From the NCBI GenBank assembly GCA_012518595.1, contig JAAYRV010000004.1:1-50303 (forward strand): a stretch of DNA of 50,303 nucleotides, read 5' to 3'. The position numbers and the translations under genes are program-made. Of this stretch, positions 17,305 to 26,210 are shown piece after piece. Under the pieces are notes generated by a model. It ran no database searches, had not been told where the DNA came from, and saw only the letters and a list, made by a program, of their open reading frames with translations. Each line of letters opens with the position of its first letter. The stretch's first letter is position 1. Source of the stretch: Bacillota bacterium. GTDB taxonomy: Bacteria > Bacillota > SHA-98 > UBA4971.

Positions 17305-18687
17305 ATGGGAGAGGCGAAATTGGAGCTACACAGGTCTATACAGATTACAAGTGACGGAGAATTAGAAATAGCCGGTTGCCGTGCCACTCGCCTTGCAAGA
17401 GACTTTGGCACCCCTCTTCATGCCTTTGACGAAGAGATGATGCGCACCAAATGCCGGGAAATAAGAACGTCGCTCATGAGACACTATCCCAAGGTTTTCG
17501 TTGCATACGCAAGCAAGGCTTTTTGCTCTCTTGCCATGTGCAGGCTTATCCATGAAGAGTCCTTAGGCCTTGATGTGTGTTCCGGGGGAGAGTTGTTCAC
17601 AGCTCTTGAGGCAGGAATTCCCACGGAGAATATTCTGTTTCATGGAAACTCCAAGACCTCCCAGGAAATCGAAATGGGCGTAAGGGTCGGTGTGGGGAGA
17701 TTCGTCATAGATAACCTTGACGAGCTTGACTTGCTTTCTGACATATCGCGGAAATTTAGAAGAAGAACGCATGTCGAGATTCGTCTCAATCCGGGAGTGG
17801 AAGCGCATACACATGACTATATCAAGACCGGCCTCATAGACTCCAAGTTCGGGCTCGGGATAACTGATGGGCAGGCTATGAAAGCAGTGGAACGAGTGCT
17901 GGCTTCGGATTATCTCGTTCTTGAGGGAATCCATAGCCATATCGGGTCTCAAATACTTAACGTAGAACCCTACGTCCTGGCGGCCCAGGTTGTCATGGAC
18001 TTTGTAGGAGATGTGAAAGAAAAATACGGGTATAGTTTGCGTGAAGTCAATCTCGGAGGCGGATTCGGTGTTAGGTACAAGGCAACAGACACACCGATAT
18101 CCCTTGATGAATACAGCAGGAGAATATCCCAGGTCATTCGGGAATCCTGTCATGTGCAACGTCTGGATCTCCCATGTGTCGTGGTAGAACCGGGGCGTTA
18201 CATCGTAGGTGAGGCAGGAACCACATTATACACTGTTTGCGCAATCAAGGACATACCCGGAATCCGAAAATACATCATGGTAGACGGTGGGATGTCGGAG
18301 AATCCCAGAGTTACGCTATACCAAGCTGAGTACGAGGCTATCTTAGCCAACAGAGCATTGGAAGAGCCTGCTGAGACCGTCTCCATAGCGGGTAAGCACT
18401 GTGAAGAAGGAGATATGCTGGTTATCGATGGCAAGATGCCACAGATTCAACCCGGTGATCTCTTGGCAATCCCTACTACAGGGGCTTACCATTACTCAAT
18501 GGCAAGTAATTATAACAGATATCCCAGGCCTGCGGTGATATTCGTAAAGGCGGGTTTGGCTGACATCGTTGTGGAGAGGGAGAGCTACGCGAATCTAGTA
18601 GCAAGAGACCGGATACCCAGACGGTTGGCTCAAGCCGGCGCAAAGGAGATTCGCCCTCATTTGCCTGCAGCGGGCAATCCAGGCTAG
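17305..18687 (+). CDS. lysA: Diaminopimelate decarboxylase
   Basis: Type III PLP decarboxylase motifs (AYASKAF, HSHIGSQ, EPGRYIVGEAG). Position after spoVA matches Bacillus. An alternative TTG start at 17320 lies 5 nt after GGGAGAGG. Confidence 0.9.
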   Translation: MGEAKLELHRSIQITSDGELEIAGCRATRLARDFGTPLHAFDEEMMRTKCREIRTSLMRHYPKVFVAYASKAFCSLAMCRLIHEESLGLDVCSGGELFTALEAGIPTENILFHGNSKTSQEIEMGVRVGVGRFVIDNLDELDLLSDISRKFRRRTHVEIRLNPGVEAHTHDYIKTGLIDSKFGLGITDGQAMKAVERVLASDYLVLEGIHSHIGSQILNVEPYVLAAQVVMDFVGDVKEKYGYSLREVNLGGGFGVRYKATDTPISLDEYSRRISQVIRESCHVQRLDLPCVVVEPGRYIVGEAGTTLYTVCAIKDIPGIRKYIMVDGGMSENPRVTLYQAEYEAILANRALEEPAETVSIAGKHCEEGDMLVIDGKMPQIQPGDLLAIPTTGAYHYSMASNYNRYPRPAVIFVKAGLADIVVERESYANLVARDRIPRRLAQAGAKEIRPHLPAAGNPG

Positions 18688-18719
18688 AGTGGCTCAAGGA
18701 TTAATGCGGAGGGAGATAT

Positions 18720-19325
18720 ATGGCTGGTTTGTCTTCGATGCTTTTGACTCTGCCCATAATATTGCTGTCGCTTACAGTTCATGAGTTTGCTCATGCTGCA
18801 ACTGCTGACGCACTGGGAGATCCTACTCCTCGTTGGGAAGGCCGTCTGACCCTTAATCCTTTAGCCCATCTGGATGTTTTTGGTACTCTTGCTTTGATAA
18901 TTACCCGCAGATTCGGCTGGGCAAAACCTGTGCCGGTAAATCCCGCGTATTTCAAGAATTGGCGCAAGGGAATGGCTCTGGTAGGGGTGGCAGGCCCTCT
19001 TGCTAACGTGGTTTTAGCTTTTTTATTCACACTTCCGTACAGATTAGGTATACGTGTACCGTATTATATCGATCTTATTTGTTATTTTGCAATTATCATA
19101 AATCTAGGCCTTGCGTCATTCAATCTCATTCCGATACCGCCTTTAGACGGCTCCAGGTTGCTTCTTATATTCCTAAGAGGCAAGAACCTCTATGTTTATC
19201 AGCAACTGGAGCAATATGGCCAATTCATTCTGCTGCTTCTGATTTTTACAGGGGCTACATCCACCATAATGCTGCCTATCATGAGATTCTTGGCCTTCCT
19301 CATTTCGGGTCGAAGAATTCTCTAG
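18720..19325 (+). CDS. Site-2 protease family (peptidase M50) membrane protein
   Basis: HEFAHA zinc motif in the first TM region; NLIPIPPLDGS motif. Confidence 0.8.
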   Translation: MAGLSSMLLTLPIILLSLTVHEFAHAATADALGDPTPRWEGRLTLNPLAHLDVFGTLALIITRRFGWAKPVPVNPAYFKNWRKGMALVGVAGPLANVVLAFLFTLPYRLGIRVPYYIDLICYFAIIINLGLASFNLIPIPPLDGSRLLLIFLRGKNLYVYQQLEQYGQFILLLLIFTGATSTIMLPIMRFLAFLISGRRIL

Positions 19326-19343
19326 AGAAAGGGAGATAACTGT

Positions 19344-20324
19344 ATGTCAAAACCGAGAATATTCAGTGGCATGAGACCTACCGGAAGACTCCATCTCGGG
19401 AACCTCTTGGGAGCTCTTGACAACTGGGTTAAGCTTCAAGACGATTATGACTGTGTCTTCGCGGTTGTAGACTGGCATGCCCTCACTACGGGGTATGAAG
19501 ATACATCTGAAATTCGGAAAAACATCAGAGATTTGGTTATTGACTATTTATCTGCCGGAATAGATCCAAGTAGGAGCTTAGTAATCAAGCAATCTGATGT
19601 TAAGCAGCATGCTGAGTTATCTCTGCTTCTATCTATGATTACCCCACTGTCGTGGCTGGAAAGATGTCCCACCTACAAAGAGCAGCTTAGAGAGCTTGAG
19701 GGAAGGGAGATTATGACCCACGGATTCTTGGGGTACCCTGTGCTCATGGCTGCTGATATCTTGGTGTACAAAGCTCAGTTTGTGCCGGTAGGAGAGGATC
19801 AACTGCCTCACATAGAACTTGCAAGAGAAATCGCAAGACGATTCAACTTCCTCTATGAGCCTGTTTTCCCCGAACCTAAGGAACGTCTTAATGAGGTTGT
19901 TTTGCTTCCCGGTACTGACGGAAGGAAGATGAGCAAGAGTTACCGAAACATCATTGAGATGTCGGCAAGCCCCGACGAAGTTGAGAGCATTGTAGCAAAC
20001 ATGGTTACAGACCCCAAAAGGATACGCCGGCGGGATCCCGGCGACCCCGATGTTTGTTCCGTATATGCATTTCATAAGGTCTTTTCAAAGCTGGGTCTCG
20101 ACGATATCCACGAGGGATGTAAAAGCGCAGGCATAGGGTGTGTTGAGTGTAAACGGAAGTTGGCACGCGCGCTCAATGGGTACTTAGAGCCAATTCGTGA
20201 CAGACGAGCGGCTATTGAAAGAGATCCCGGGATCATTCATGACGTTTTGGAAGAAGGAGCAAGAAAGGCCAGGGTTATTGCAGAGGCGACTCTGGAAGAT
20301 GTTAGGCAGGCGATGAGGATTTGA
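19344..20324 (+). CDS. trpS: Tryptophan--tRNA ligase
   Basis: Class I HIGH-like GRLHLGN and KMSKS motifs. 326 aa. Confidence 0.92.
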   Translation: MSKPRIFSGMRPTGRLHLGNLLGALDNWVKLQDDYDCVFAVVDWHALTTGYEDTSEIRKNIRDLVIDYLSAGIDPSRSLVIKQSDVKQHAELSLLLSMITPLSWLERCPTYKEQLRELEGREIMTHGFLGYPVLMAADILVYKAQFVPVGEDQLPHIELAREIARRFNFLYEPVFPEPKERLNEVVLLPGTDGRKMSKSYRNIIEMSASPDEVESIVANMVTDPKRIRRRDPGDPDVCSVYAFHKVFSKLGLDDIHEGCKSAGIGCVECKRKLARALNGYLEPIRDRRAAIERDPGIIHDVLEEGARKARVIAEATLEDVRQAMRI

Positions 20325-21085
20325 GGGATGCGCCTAATGAGCGCGTGCAACCTATCACAGCCCTTGAAGATCTAACTCGGAGCTTGGAGAAGGGCGAGGT
20401 AGATCCTTCGTCTGTCTCGGTTCATGATACACTCGACGAGACAATGCGCGAGATAAAGCGCGTCATGGGGACGCCTGATTTAGATTACATAGGGGACTTC
20501 CTGAAAGCTGCCAGCGCTCTGATAAAGGCAAAGGCGGAGAAGCTCTTACCTCCTGAGGAAGATACCGACAGTGAGGTTGACGATGAGAACGAGCAGGAAG
20601 ATGACTTCCTCTATGATTCTGAAAGCGAATGGTCTAATGAAGCGCTCTTGGCGCACTTAATGGAATACCGGGTATTTCAGGATGCGGTTGCGGAATTAGC
20701 CAGGCGCGACACGACCTGGCGCGGTGTCTTTCCGAGGAGCCGTCCTGTTGAAATTACCCAGGAAATACCTCTGACATCCACGGAAATAGGACTGACACAT
20801 CTGCTCTCAGCCCTACAGGATATTCTGAAAGAAGCCCCTCGTGAAGAGTTTTCTCATGTTCCCCAAGATGATCTTTTTCTTGAAAGAGGCATGGATCATA
20901 TTCGTGCCTGTATTCGGGAGAAGGAAAAGGTTGTTTTCCGCGAACTTTTTTTTGAGCCTGTCACACGTTCCGGAGTGATAGCAGTTTTTCTGGCGCTTCT
21001 CGAACTTATTCGGCTCAGAGAGGTGATTGTCCGGCAAGATTATCATTTTGGTGAGATTGTCATAGCTTTTGTGCCAGGGGGATAA
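20321..21085 (+). CDS. scpA: Segregation and condensation protein A (kleisin)
   Basis: Central DFLKAASALIKAKAEKLLP and C-terminal winged-helix VIAVFLALLELIRLREVIV motifs, upstream of scpB. The N-terminus is divergent (see findings). Confidence 0.75.
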   Translation: MRDAPNERVQPITALEDLTRSLEKGEVDPSSVSVHDTLDETMREIKRVMGTPDLDYIGDFLKAASALIKAKAEKLLPPEEDTDSEVDDENEQEDDFLYDSESEWSNEALLAHLMEYRVFQDAVAELARRDTTWRGVFPRSRPVEITQEIPLTSTEIGLTHLLSALQDILKEAPREEFSHVPQDDLFLERGMDHIRACIREKEKVVFRELFFEPVTRSGVIAVFLALLELIRLREVIVRQDYHFGEIVIAFVPGG

Positions 21086-21089
21086 ACCT

Positions 21090-21635
21090 ATGGAGTACAA
21101 TGAGGCCAGAGCAATAATCGAGGCCTTGATTTTTGCGTCACCGAGTCCGATTTCGGCAAAACGGATAGGAGAGATCACAGGTCTGGACTCAAAGACTGTG
21201 CAATCTATGGTAAAAGACGTCCAGGATAAGTATAGACGAGACGACTCAGGAATTCAGATAGTGTTTGTAGCAGGCGGTTATGAGATGGCCACAAAACCTC
21301 AGTTTGCTGATTATGTTTCCTGCCTCAATATAGAAGTCAGGCAAAGTCTGTCACGCCCCGCCCTGGAGACCCTTGCAATAATAGCGTACAGACAGCCTGT
21401 TACCAAGCCGGAGTTAGAGACTATCCGTGGTGTTCGGGTAGACAGTGTCTTGAATACCCTCATGGAACGATGTCTCGTGCGCGTGTCCGGGAGAAAAAAG
21501 GCGCCTGGGCGTCCTGCCCTGTATTGTACCACATCAACATTTCTCAGGTGGTTCGGTCTTGCGTCCCTTGACGAGCTTCCACCGCTTACGGAGGACTCCG
21601 ACTCTCTCCTTGGAATACTAAGTAGATCACAATGA
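21090..21635 (+). CDS. scpB: Segregation and condensation protein B
   Basis: IIEALIFASPSPIS...LETLAIIAYRQPVTKPELETIRGV motifs. ATG at 21090 follows AGGGGGA. The last 5 codons and the stop lie in repeat copy C. Confidence 0.88.
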   Translation: MEYNEARAIIEALIFASPSPISAKRIGEITGLDSKTVQSMVKDVQDKYRRDDSGIQIVFVAGGYEMATKPQFADYVSCLNIEVRQSLSRPALETLAIIAYRQPVTKPELETIRGVRVDSVLNTLMERCLVRVSGRKKAPGRPALYCTTSTFLRWFGLASLDELPPLTEDSDSLLGILSRSQ

Positions 21636-21904
21636 GACCGTTGTTCTCTTCCACATTATGTTAACGCAGCTCGCTTGAATCGCAAAAACCGGTCGCCGTC
21701 TTCAGCGAAACCGGCAGCTACTGGAGAAGTTCAACGATCTCCACCATAAGTAATCGCGGGTTCCAGAGAGTGTGCGTACCGTGCCGGGTTGCCGGTGTTG
21801 CACTCGGGGACTGTATATAGGTCACCGGCTTCAGAAAACGTACGTACCGTGCGGGGCCACCCAAGACGTCGGAAAACGAACGCAAACTAATGAACTCATA
21901 CTTA
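21619..21904 (-). repeat. Mosaic interspersed repeat, copy C (two cores, short central block, 108-bp cassette)
   Basis: The reverse complement aligns with copies A, B and D from TAAGTATGAGTTCATTAG to GATCTACTTA. Confidence 0.85.
21634..21741 (+). mobile_element. 108-bp MITE-like cassette with terminal inverted repeats, nested in repeat copy C
   Basis: Termini are GAGACCGTTG...CAACGATCTC. Flanked by CACAAT (21628-21633) and CACCAT (21742-21747). Matches the reverse complement of 30032-30139 at 102/108 positions. Confidence 0.75.
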
Positions 21905-21956
21905 GGTTTAGATCAGGGAAAAATACCTGCATGATCTGTCGGAGTGAGACCTTTCG

Positions 21957-22610
21957 ATGAAATGGGTTTTTCCGTTTCTCACTCTTAGCATAGCAGCATT
22001 TGCCTTAGCTGTGTTTGCTACGCATGTACATGTCCGTATCCAACTCACTCTTAATCGAAGTCAGACACTTGCCTCAGTTAGCTTCGGGATCCTAAATGGG
22101 CTGATATGGTTCACTGTGTATAGAACTGAACACATACAGCAGTTGGATGAAGACGGTCAGGGAGAATTGATAATCAGCGCTCTCGAGGAGCTCATTACCC
22201 ATCCTGAGAATGTCCCTGAACTGCTAAGCCGGTTTATAGTCAGGATAATCACGAATAAGCCGAGGCAAGATGTCAAGGAAGATAAACTTGGAGAAACCCA
22301 AACACCACGGGACAGGTTCATCCGGCCTATCATTGTCCAGACTCTCAAGAGAGGCCTTCATATAGTCCGTCTCCGAGTTCAGCTGTACTTTGGCACCGGT
22401 GACGCGGCGACTACCGGCATAGCCGTGGGGTCCATCTATACTCTGATTGGCACTGCCATGGCTGTCTTATCCAGGAGATTACGATTTCCACACAACCCAC
22501 CGGAAATTACCGTCGTGCCCTGTTACAACAGAGTCTGTGTTGACCTGGATTTCGATAGTATTGTGCTATTGCGGCCGAGCGATATTGTTTTCCAAGCCAT
22601 CTTTGGGTAA
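21957..22610 (+). CDS. ytfI: DUF2953-like sporulation-associated protein (YtfI-like)
   Basis: N-terminal TM helix. About 217 aa and located immediately upstream of a YtfJ/GerW homologue, as in Bacillus. The assignment rests mostly on synteny. Confidence 0.55.
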   Translation: MKWVFPFLTLSIAAFALAVFATHVHVRIQLTLNRSQTLASVSFGILNGLIWFTVYRTEHIQQLDEDGQGELIISALEELITHPENVPELLSRFIVRIITNKPRQDVKEDKLGETQTPRDRFIRPIIVQTLKRGLHIVRLRVQLYFGTGDAATTGIAVGSIYTLIGTAMAVLSRRLRFPHNPPEITVVPCYNRVCVDLDFDSIVLLRPSDIVFQAIFG

Positions 22611-22652
22611 AACTAGCGGTAGGTTCAGCCTAGTTTGAAAGGAGAAATTCTT

Positions 22653-23108
22653 ATGACGGATCACCCAATTGATGTCCTGATGAAGACAACCATGGACAAC
22701 ATAAAAGAAATGATTGACGTCAATACCATTTTAGGAGATCCTGTTGAGACCGCCGACGGAACTGTAATTTTGCCGGTATCCCGAGTATCTGTTGGGTTTG
22801 CTGCAGGGGGCAGTGAGTTTCAGACCCAAGGAGACCGGCAAGGGGGGAAAGCCCGCCCTGATGGCGCCGCAGACCAAGCCGAATTCCCTTTCGGGGGAGG
22901 AGCGGGCGCAGGACTCACCATCCATCCTGTAGCTTTTCTTGTCGTCAGCATGGGCCAGGTCAGGGTTATGCCTGTGGAAGGCATCGGCCCCTTAGACAAA
23001 CTGATTGACTTTGTACCGTCTTTCTTGGCAAAAGGGGTCGCGGGAGGGAAACAGAAAAATATAGGAGACGTGGCCTGTAAGCAGAACATACAAGGGGACG
23101 CTCGCTGA
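22653..23108 (+). CDS. ytfJ: GerW/YtfJ family sporulation protein
   Basis: ILGDPVETADGTVILPVSRVSVGFAAGGSEF...GGGAGAGLTIHPVAFLVV pattern. ATG at 22653 follows AAAGGAGA. Confidence 0.8.
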   Translation: MTDHPIDVLMKTTMDNIKEMIDVNTILGDPVETADGTVILPVSRVSVGFAAGGSEFQTQGDRQGGKARPDGAADQAEFPFGGGAGAGLTIHPVAFLVVSMGQVRVMPVEGIGPLDKLIDFVPSFLAKGVAGGKQKNIGDVACKQNIQGDAR

Positions 23109-23230
23109 CACTCGCTAACCTCGAAATGCCAGGTTGCATTGGCATAAATAATGTCGTAAGATCGTCTGGAACCTTAGGTTGCCACATGTGGTCTTTTGTG
23201 CCTGTGGATAATGCCTTTGTGGGAGATGGT

Positions 23231-23887
23231 ATGATGCGACAGTTTGCAGTCATCGGTCTGGGCAAGTTTGGGGCCAGTGTTGCCTGTACGCTGGCAGGGC
23301 TAGGGTACCAAGTGCTGGCCGTCGATATAGATGAAGACAAGGTTCAACGTGTGGCTGACGAAGTAACCCATGCGGTTCAGGCAGACGCGACAGATGAAGA
23401 CATTCTCAAGGCAATTGGCATCCGCAACTTTGACGTGGTCGTTGTTACCATCGGCCATGATGTGTTGTCCAGCATACTTACATGTTTGATTCTCAAAGAC
23501 CTGGGGGTAGCTTTCGTTGTGGGAAAGGCCACTGACGAATTGCACGGCAAGTTGCTTGAGAAAATCGGGGTGGAGAAAGTCGTCTATCCTGAACGGGATA
23601 TGGGTGTAAGATTGGCTAATACCCTTACGTCTTCGAATATCCTTGAGATTATTGAACTTTCCCCGGATTACGGTGTCGCTGAAATCTCGGCTTCCTCAGA
23701 GCTTATCGGCAAGACTCTTCGTGACTTGAATCTGCGTGCCAGATTTGGTGTAAATATTGTTGCCATTCGCCGCACTGACAATGAAGTCCAAGTATCACCC
23801 GGGCCTGATGATATCATTAAAGAAGGTGATGTCCTGTTAGCTCTCGGCGCCACCGACAGTCTGGGCAGGTTGGAAAACGCGAAGTAG
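23231..23887 (+). CDS. ktrA: TrkA/KtrA-type potassium uptake regulatory protein (RCK N+C domains)
   Basis: FAVIGLGKFGASVA Rossmann motif followed by a TrkA-C domain. The start is ATG 23231 or 23234; the ORF-track extension to 23126 is unsupported. Confidence 0.85.
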   Translation: MMRQFAVIGLGKFGASVACTLAGLGYQVLAVDIDEDKVQRVADEVTHAVQADATDEDILKAIGIRNFDVVVVTIGHDVLSSILTCLILKDLGVAFVVGKATDELHGKLLEKIGVEKVVYPERDMGVRLANTLTSSNILEIIELSPDYGVAEISASSELIGKTLRDLNLRARFGVNIVAIRRTDNEVQVSPGPDDIIKEGDVLLALGATDSLGRLENAK

Positions 23888-23912
23888 TGCTGTTTTGATT
23901 GGTGGTTTCATA

Positions 23913-24671
23913 ATGGAAAGGCTGCAAAAGATTCTTGCAAATGCGGATGTCGCGTCACGTAGGGCGAGCGGGGAAATTATCAAAGAAGGCCGTGTTACTG
24001 TTAATGGAAAGATCATACGCGAACCAGGCGCTAAGTTTAATTCTTTCGCCTGTGAGATAAGAGTTGACGGCCAACTTATTCATGTTCATGACAAGAAAAT
24101 TTACATCATGCTCAATAAACCTAAAGGCTATATTTCTACTGTATACGATCCTCAAGGAAGACGCACAATACTGGACCTTGTCCCGCCTATGGGCGTACGG
24201 CTCTTCCCTGTAGGCAGATTGGATCAGGATACCGAAGGACTCCTTCTTCTGACTAACGACGGCGACGCGACCCACGTCTTGACCCATCCCAAATTTGAAA
24301 TATATAAGACCTATCTGGCAGTTGTCAAAGGGGTTCCCGGTGAAGACAGACTTGATCTATTGCGTGACGGGGTGAGATTACCATCCGGGCATACATCGTC
24401 TCCGGCTGTCGTAAGACTGATTAAGGCCTCCGGAAGCTGTGCTCTGGTTGAAATCAAAATTGGTGAAGGCAGGAAGCGTCAAGTTCGTGAGATGTTTGAT
24501 ATCATCGGTCATCCGGTGACGAGTCTTACCAGGACCCGTCTTGGCGAATTGGTTATGGGAGACTTGGAAGTCGGTTCATGGAGACACCTCACTCAAGCCG
24601 AGGAGAGCTGGATTCAGAGGATGGCAGCAAGGTCAGGAGAAGGGATAACGTCTTGCAAAAAGATATTATAG
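23913..24671 (+). CDS. rluB: RsuA/RluB-family pseudouridine synthase
   Basis: S4 domain (RLQKILANADVASRRASGEIIKEGRVTVNG) and catalytic GRLDQDTEGLLLLTNDG. Confidence 0.88.
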   Translation: MERLQKILANADVASRRASGEIIKEGRVTVNGKIIREPGAKFNSFACEIRVDGQLIHVHDKKIYIMLNKPKGYISTVYDPQGRRTILDLVPPMGVRLFPVGRLDQDTEGLLLLTNDGDATHVLTHPKFEIYKTYLAVVKGVPGEDRLDLLRDGVRLPSGHTSSPAVVRLIKASGSCALVEIKIGEGRKRQVREMFDIIGHPVTSLTRTRLGELVMGDLEVGSWRHLTQAEESWIQRMAARSGEGITSCKKIL

Positions 24672-25912
24672 TAATAGGAGCAGGACCTGCAGGCTTCATA
24701 GCTGCAGGAAGAGGTGCATCGCAAGGAGCATCTGTGACTCTCTTGGAACGGAACAGCAGACCGGGTCGGAAACTCCTTATCACAGGGAAGGGCAGATGCA
24801 ACTTTACCAATGATACAGATGTGGACGGATTGGTAGCCGGTATGCCGGGAAACGGAAAGTTCTTATATTCCGCTTTCTCAAGGTTTGATTCTTATGACCT
24901 CAGGGCGTTTTTCCGGGAACTCGGAGTCGAGAGTAAAACAGAAAGAGGCAAAAGGGTGTTTCCTGCGTCCGGAATATCCATGGACGTGCTTCGGGCTTTG
25001 GTGATGTATGCAAAAAAGAGCGGGGCCCGACTGAAGTGCAATTCCACGGTGAAACATGTTGTGGCGCGAGACGGCAAGGTTCAGGGAGTAATCGTGAGCG
25101 CAGTTAACGGGCAGGCTCAGTTTTTGCGGTGCGATGCAGTAATAATTGCGACCGGGGGAATTACCTATAAGGCTACAGGTTCTACAGGGGATGGCTTCAG
25201 AATGGCCAAAGAGCTGGGGCATAATATTGTCCCACCCAGGGCTTCTCTCATCCCGCTTGAGACAATTGAGTCATGGCCTCGAGATGTGGCAGGGTTGACA
25301 TTGCGTAATGTTCAGGCGACCTTGATGGTAGATGGGTGTGAAGTCGGGTCAGAGTTCGGAGAAATGCTCTTCACTCACTTCGGAGTATCAGGTCCCATTA
25401 TCCTATCACTTTCACGGGCGGCTGCGTCCGCTATGATTCATGCAAGTCCCAAAATAGCGCTGGAGATCGATGTTAAGCCTGCTCTCTCCCATGAACAACT
25501 GGATGCCAGGATTTTGAGGGATTTCCAAAAACACGGAGGACAAACCATATACAATTCTCTGGTTGACCTTGTGCCTAAACATCTAATTGCCATAATTGTG
25601 CAGGAAGCCGGCATATCTCCGGCGAAACATGTATCTCAGGTAACCAGGGAGGAAAGACTTCTCATCGGCAGAACCCTGAAAAAGCTTACCTTCCATGTAG
25701 CCGGATTAAGGCCGACAGATGAAGGGATTGTAACCGCAGGTGGGGTAGACGTTGATGAAATTGATCCTAGCAGAATGGAATCACGACTCGTCAAAGGACT
25801 GTTCTTTGCAGGAGAGGTAATTGACATTGACGGTATGACCGGCGGGTTCAATCTACAGGCTGCGTTTTCCACAGGTTACATTGCAGGTGAATCCGCGGCT
25901 GAAGTAAGGTAG
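24653..25912 (+). CDS. HI0933/BaiN-like NAD(P)/FAD-dependent oxidoreductase
   Basis: DIIVIGAGPAG dinucleotide motif and C-terminal GLFFAGEVIDIDGMTGGFNLQ. TTG at 24653. The ORF-track start at 24578 lies inside rluB. Confidence 0.8.
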   Translation: MQKDIIVIGAGPAGFIAAGRGASQGASVTLLERNSRPGRKLLITGKGRCNFTNDTDVDGLVAGMPGNGKFLYSAFSRFDSYDLRAFFRELGVESKTERGKRVFPASGISMDVLRALVMYAKKSGARLKCNSTVKHVVARDGKVQGVIVSAVNGQAQFLRCDAVIIATGGITYKATGSTGDGFRMAKELGHNIVPPRASLIPLETIESWPRDVAGLTLRNVQATLMVDGCEVGSEFGEMLFTHFGVSGPIILSLSRAAASAMIHASPKIALEIDVKPALSHEQLDARILRDFQKHGGQTIYNSLVDLVPKHLIAIIVQEAGISPAKHVSQVTREERLLIGRTLKKLTFHVAGLRPTDEGIVTAGGVDVDEIDPSRMESRLVKGLFFAGEVIDIDGMTGGFNLQAAFSTGYIAGESAAEVR

Positions 25913-25923
25913 AGGAGGGCGCT

Positions 25924-26142
25924 ATGAGCCTGGTCTCCAATGAAGGAAAAGAAGGCATTGACAGAGTGTTATGTATCCTTGAGAGAGTGTTCGGCATAGC
26001 ATTATGCATGTTCTTGGTTCTTACGCTGTTGGGACAAGTCATTTTGAGCACGCCGAAAGGAAGATCCGGTTTCAGCAGGATTGAGCGGCTTGAGGGTATA
26101 AGACTGGATGTGGATGCCGGTTACTACAACGATTCAAACTGA
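25924..26142 (+). CDS. Small membrane protein, possibly YpfB/DUF5359-like (by position upstream of cmk)
   Basis: 72 aa with one TM helix and a GAGGAGGG RBS. The family assignment is a guess from synteny only. Confidence 0.45.
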   Translation: MSLVSNEGKEGIDRVLCILERVFGIALCMFLVLTLLGQVILSTPKGRSGFSRIERLEGIRLDVDAGYYNDSN

Positions 26143-26210
26143 ATATTCTAACAACCATACGATTTAAGCGCATTACTGAGAGATTTATTTGAGGAGAAGA
26201 GGAATCTGCG

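Noticed and set aside
19326-19343. Expected a T-box leader upstream of trpS.
   Set aside because: Only 18 nt separate trpS from the preceding gene, so there is no room for a T-box. trpS appears to be co-transcribed.
21760-21860. The core CCGCACGGTACGTAC (contains the GTACGTAC palindrome) resembled a group II intron domain V or an ORF-less intron remnant.
   Set aside because: There is no GUGYG 5' end, no AGC-triad 34-nt domain V helix and no domain VI bulged-A context. The elements are far too short and lie outside exon-like contexts.
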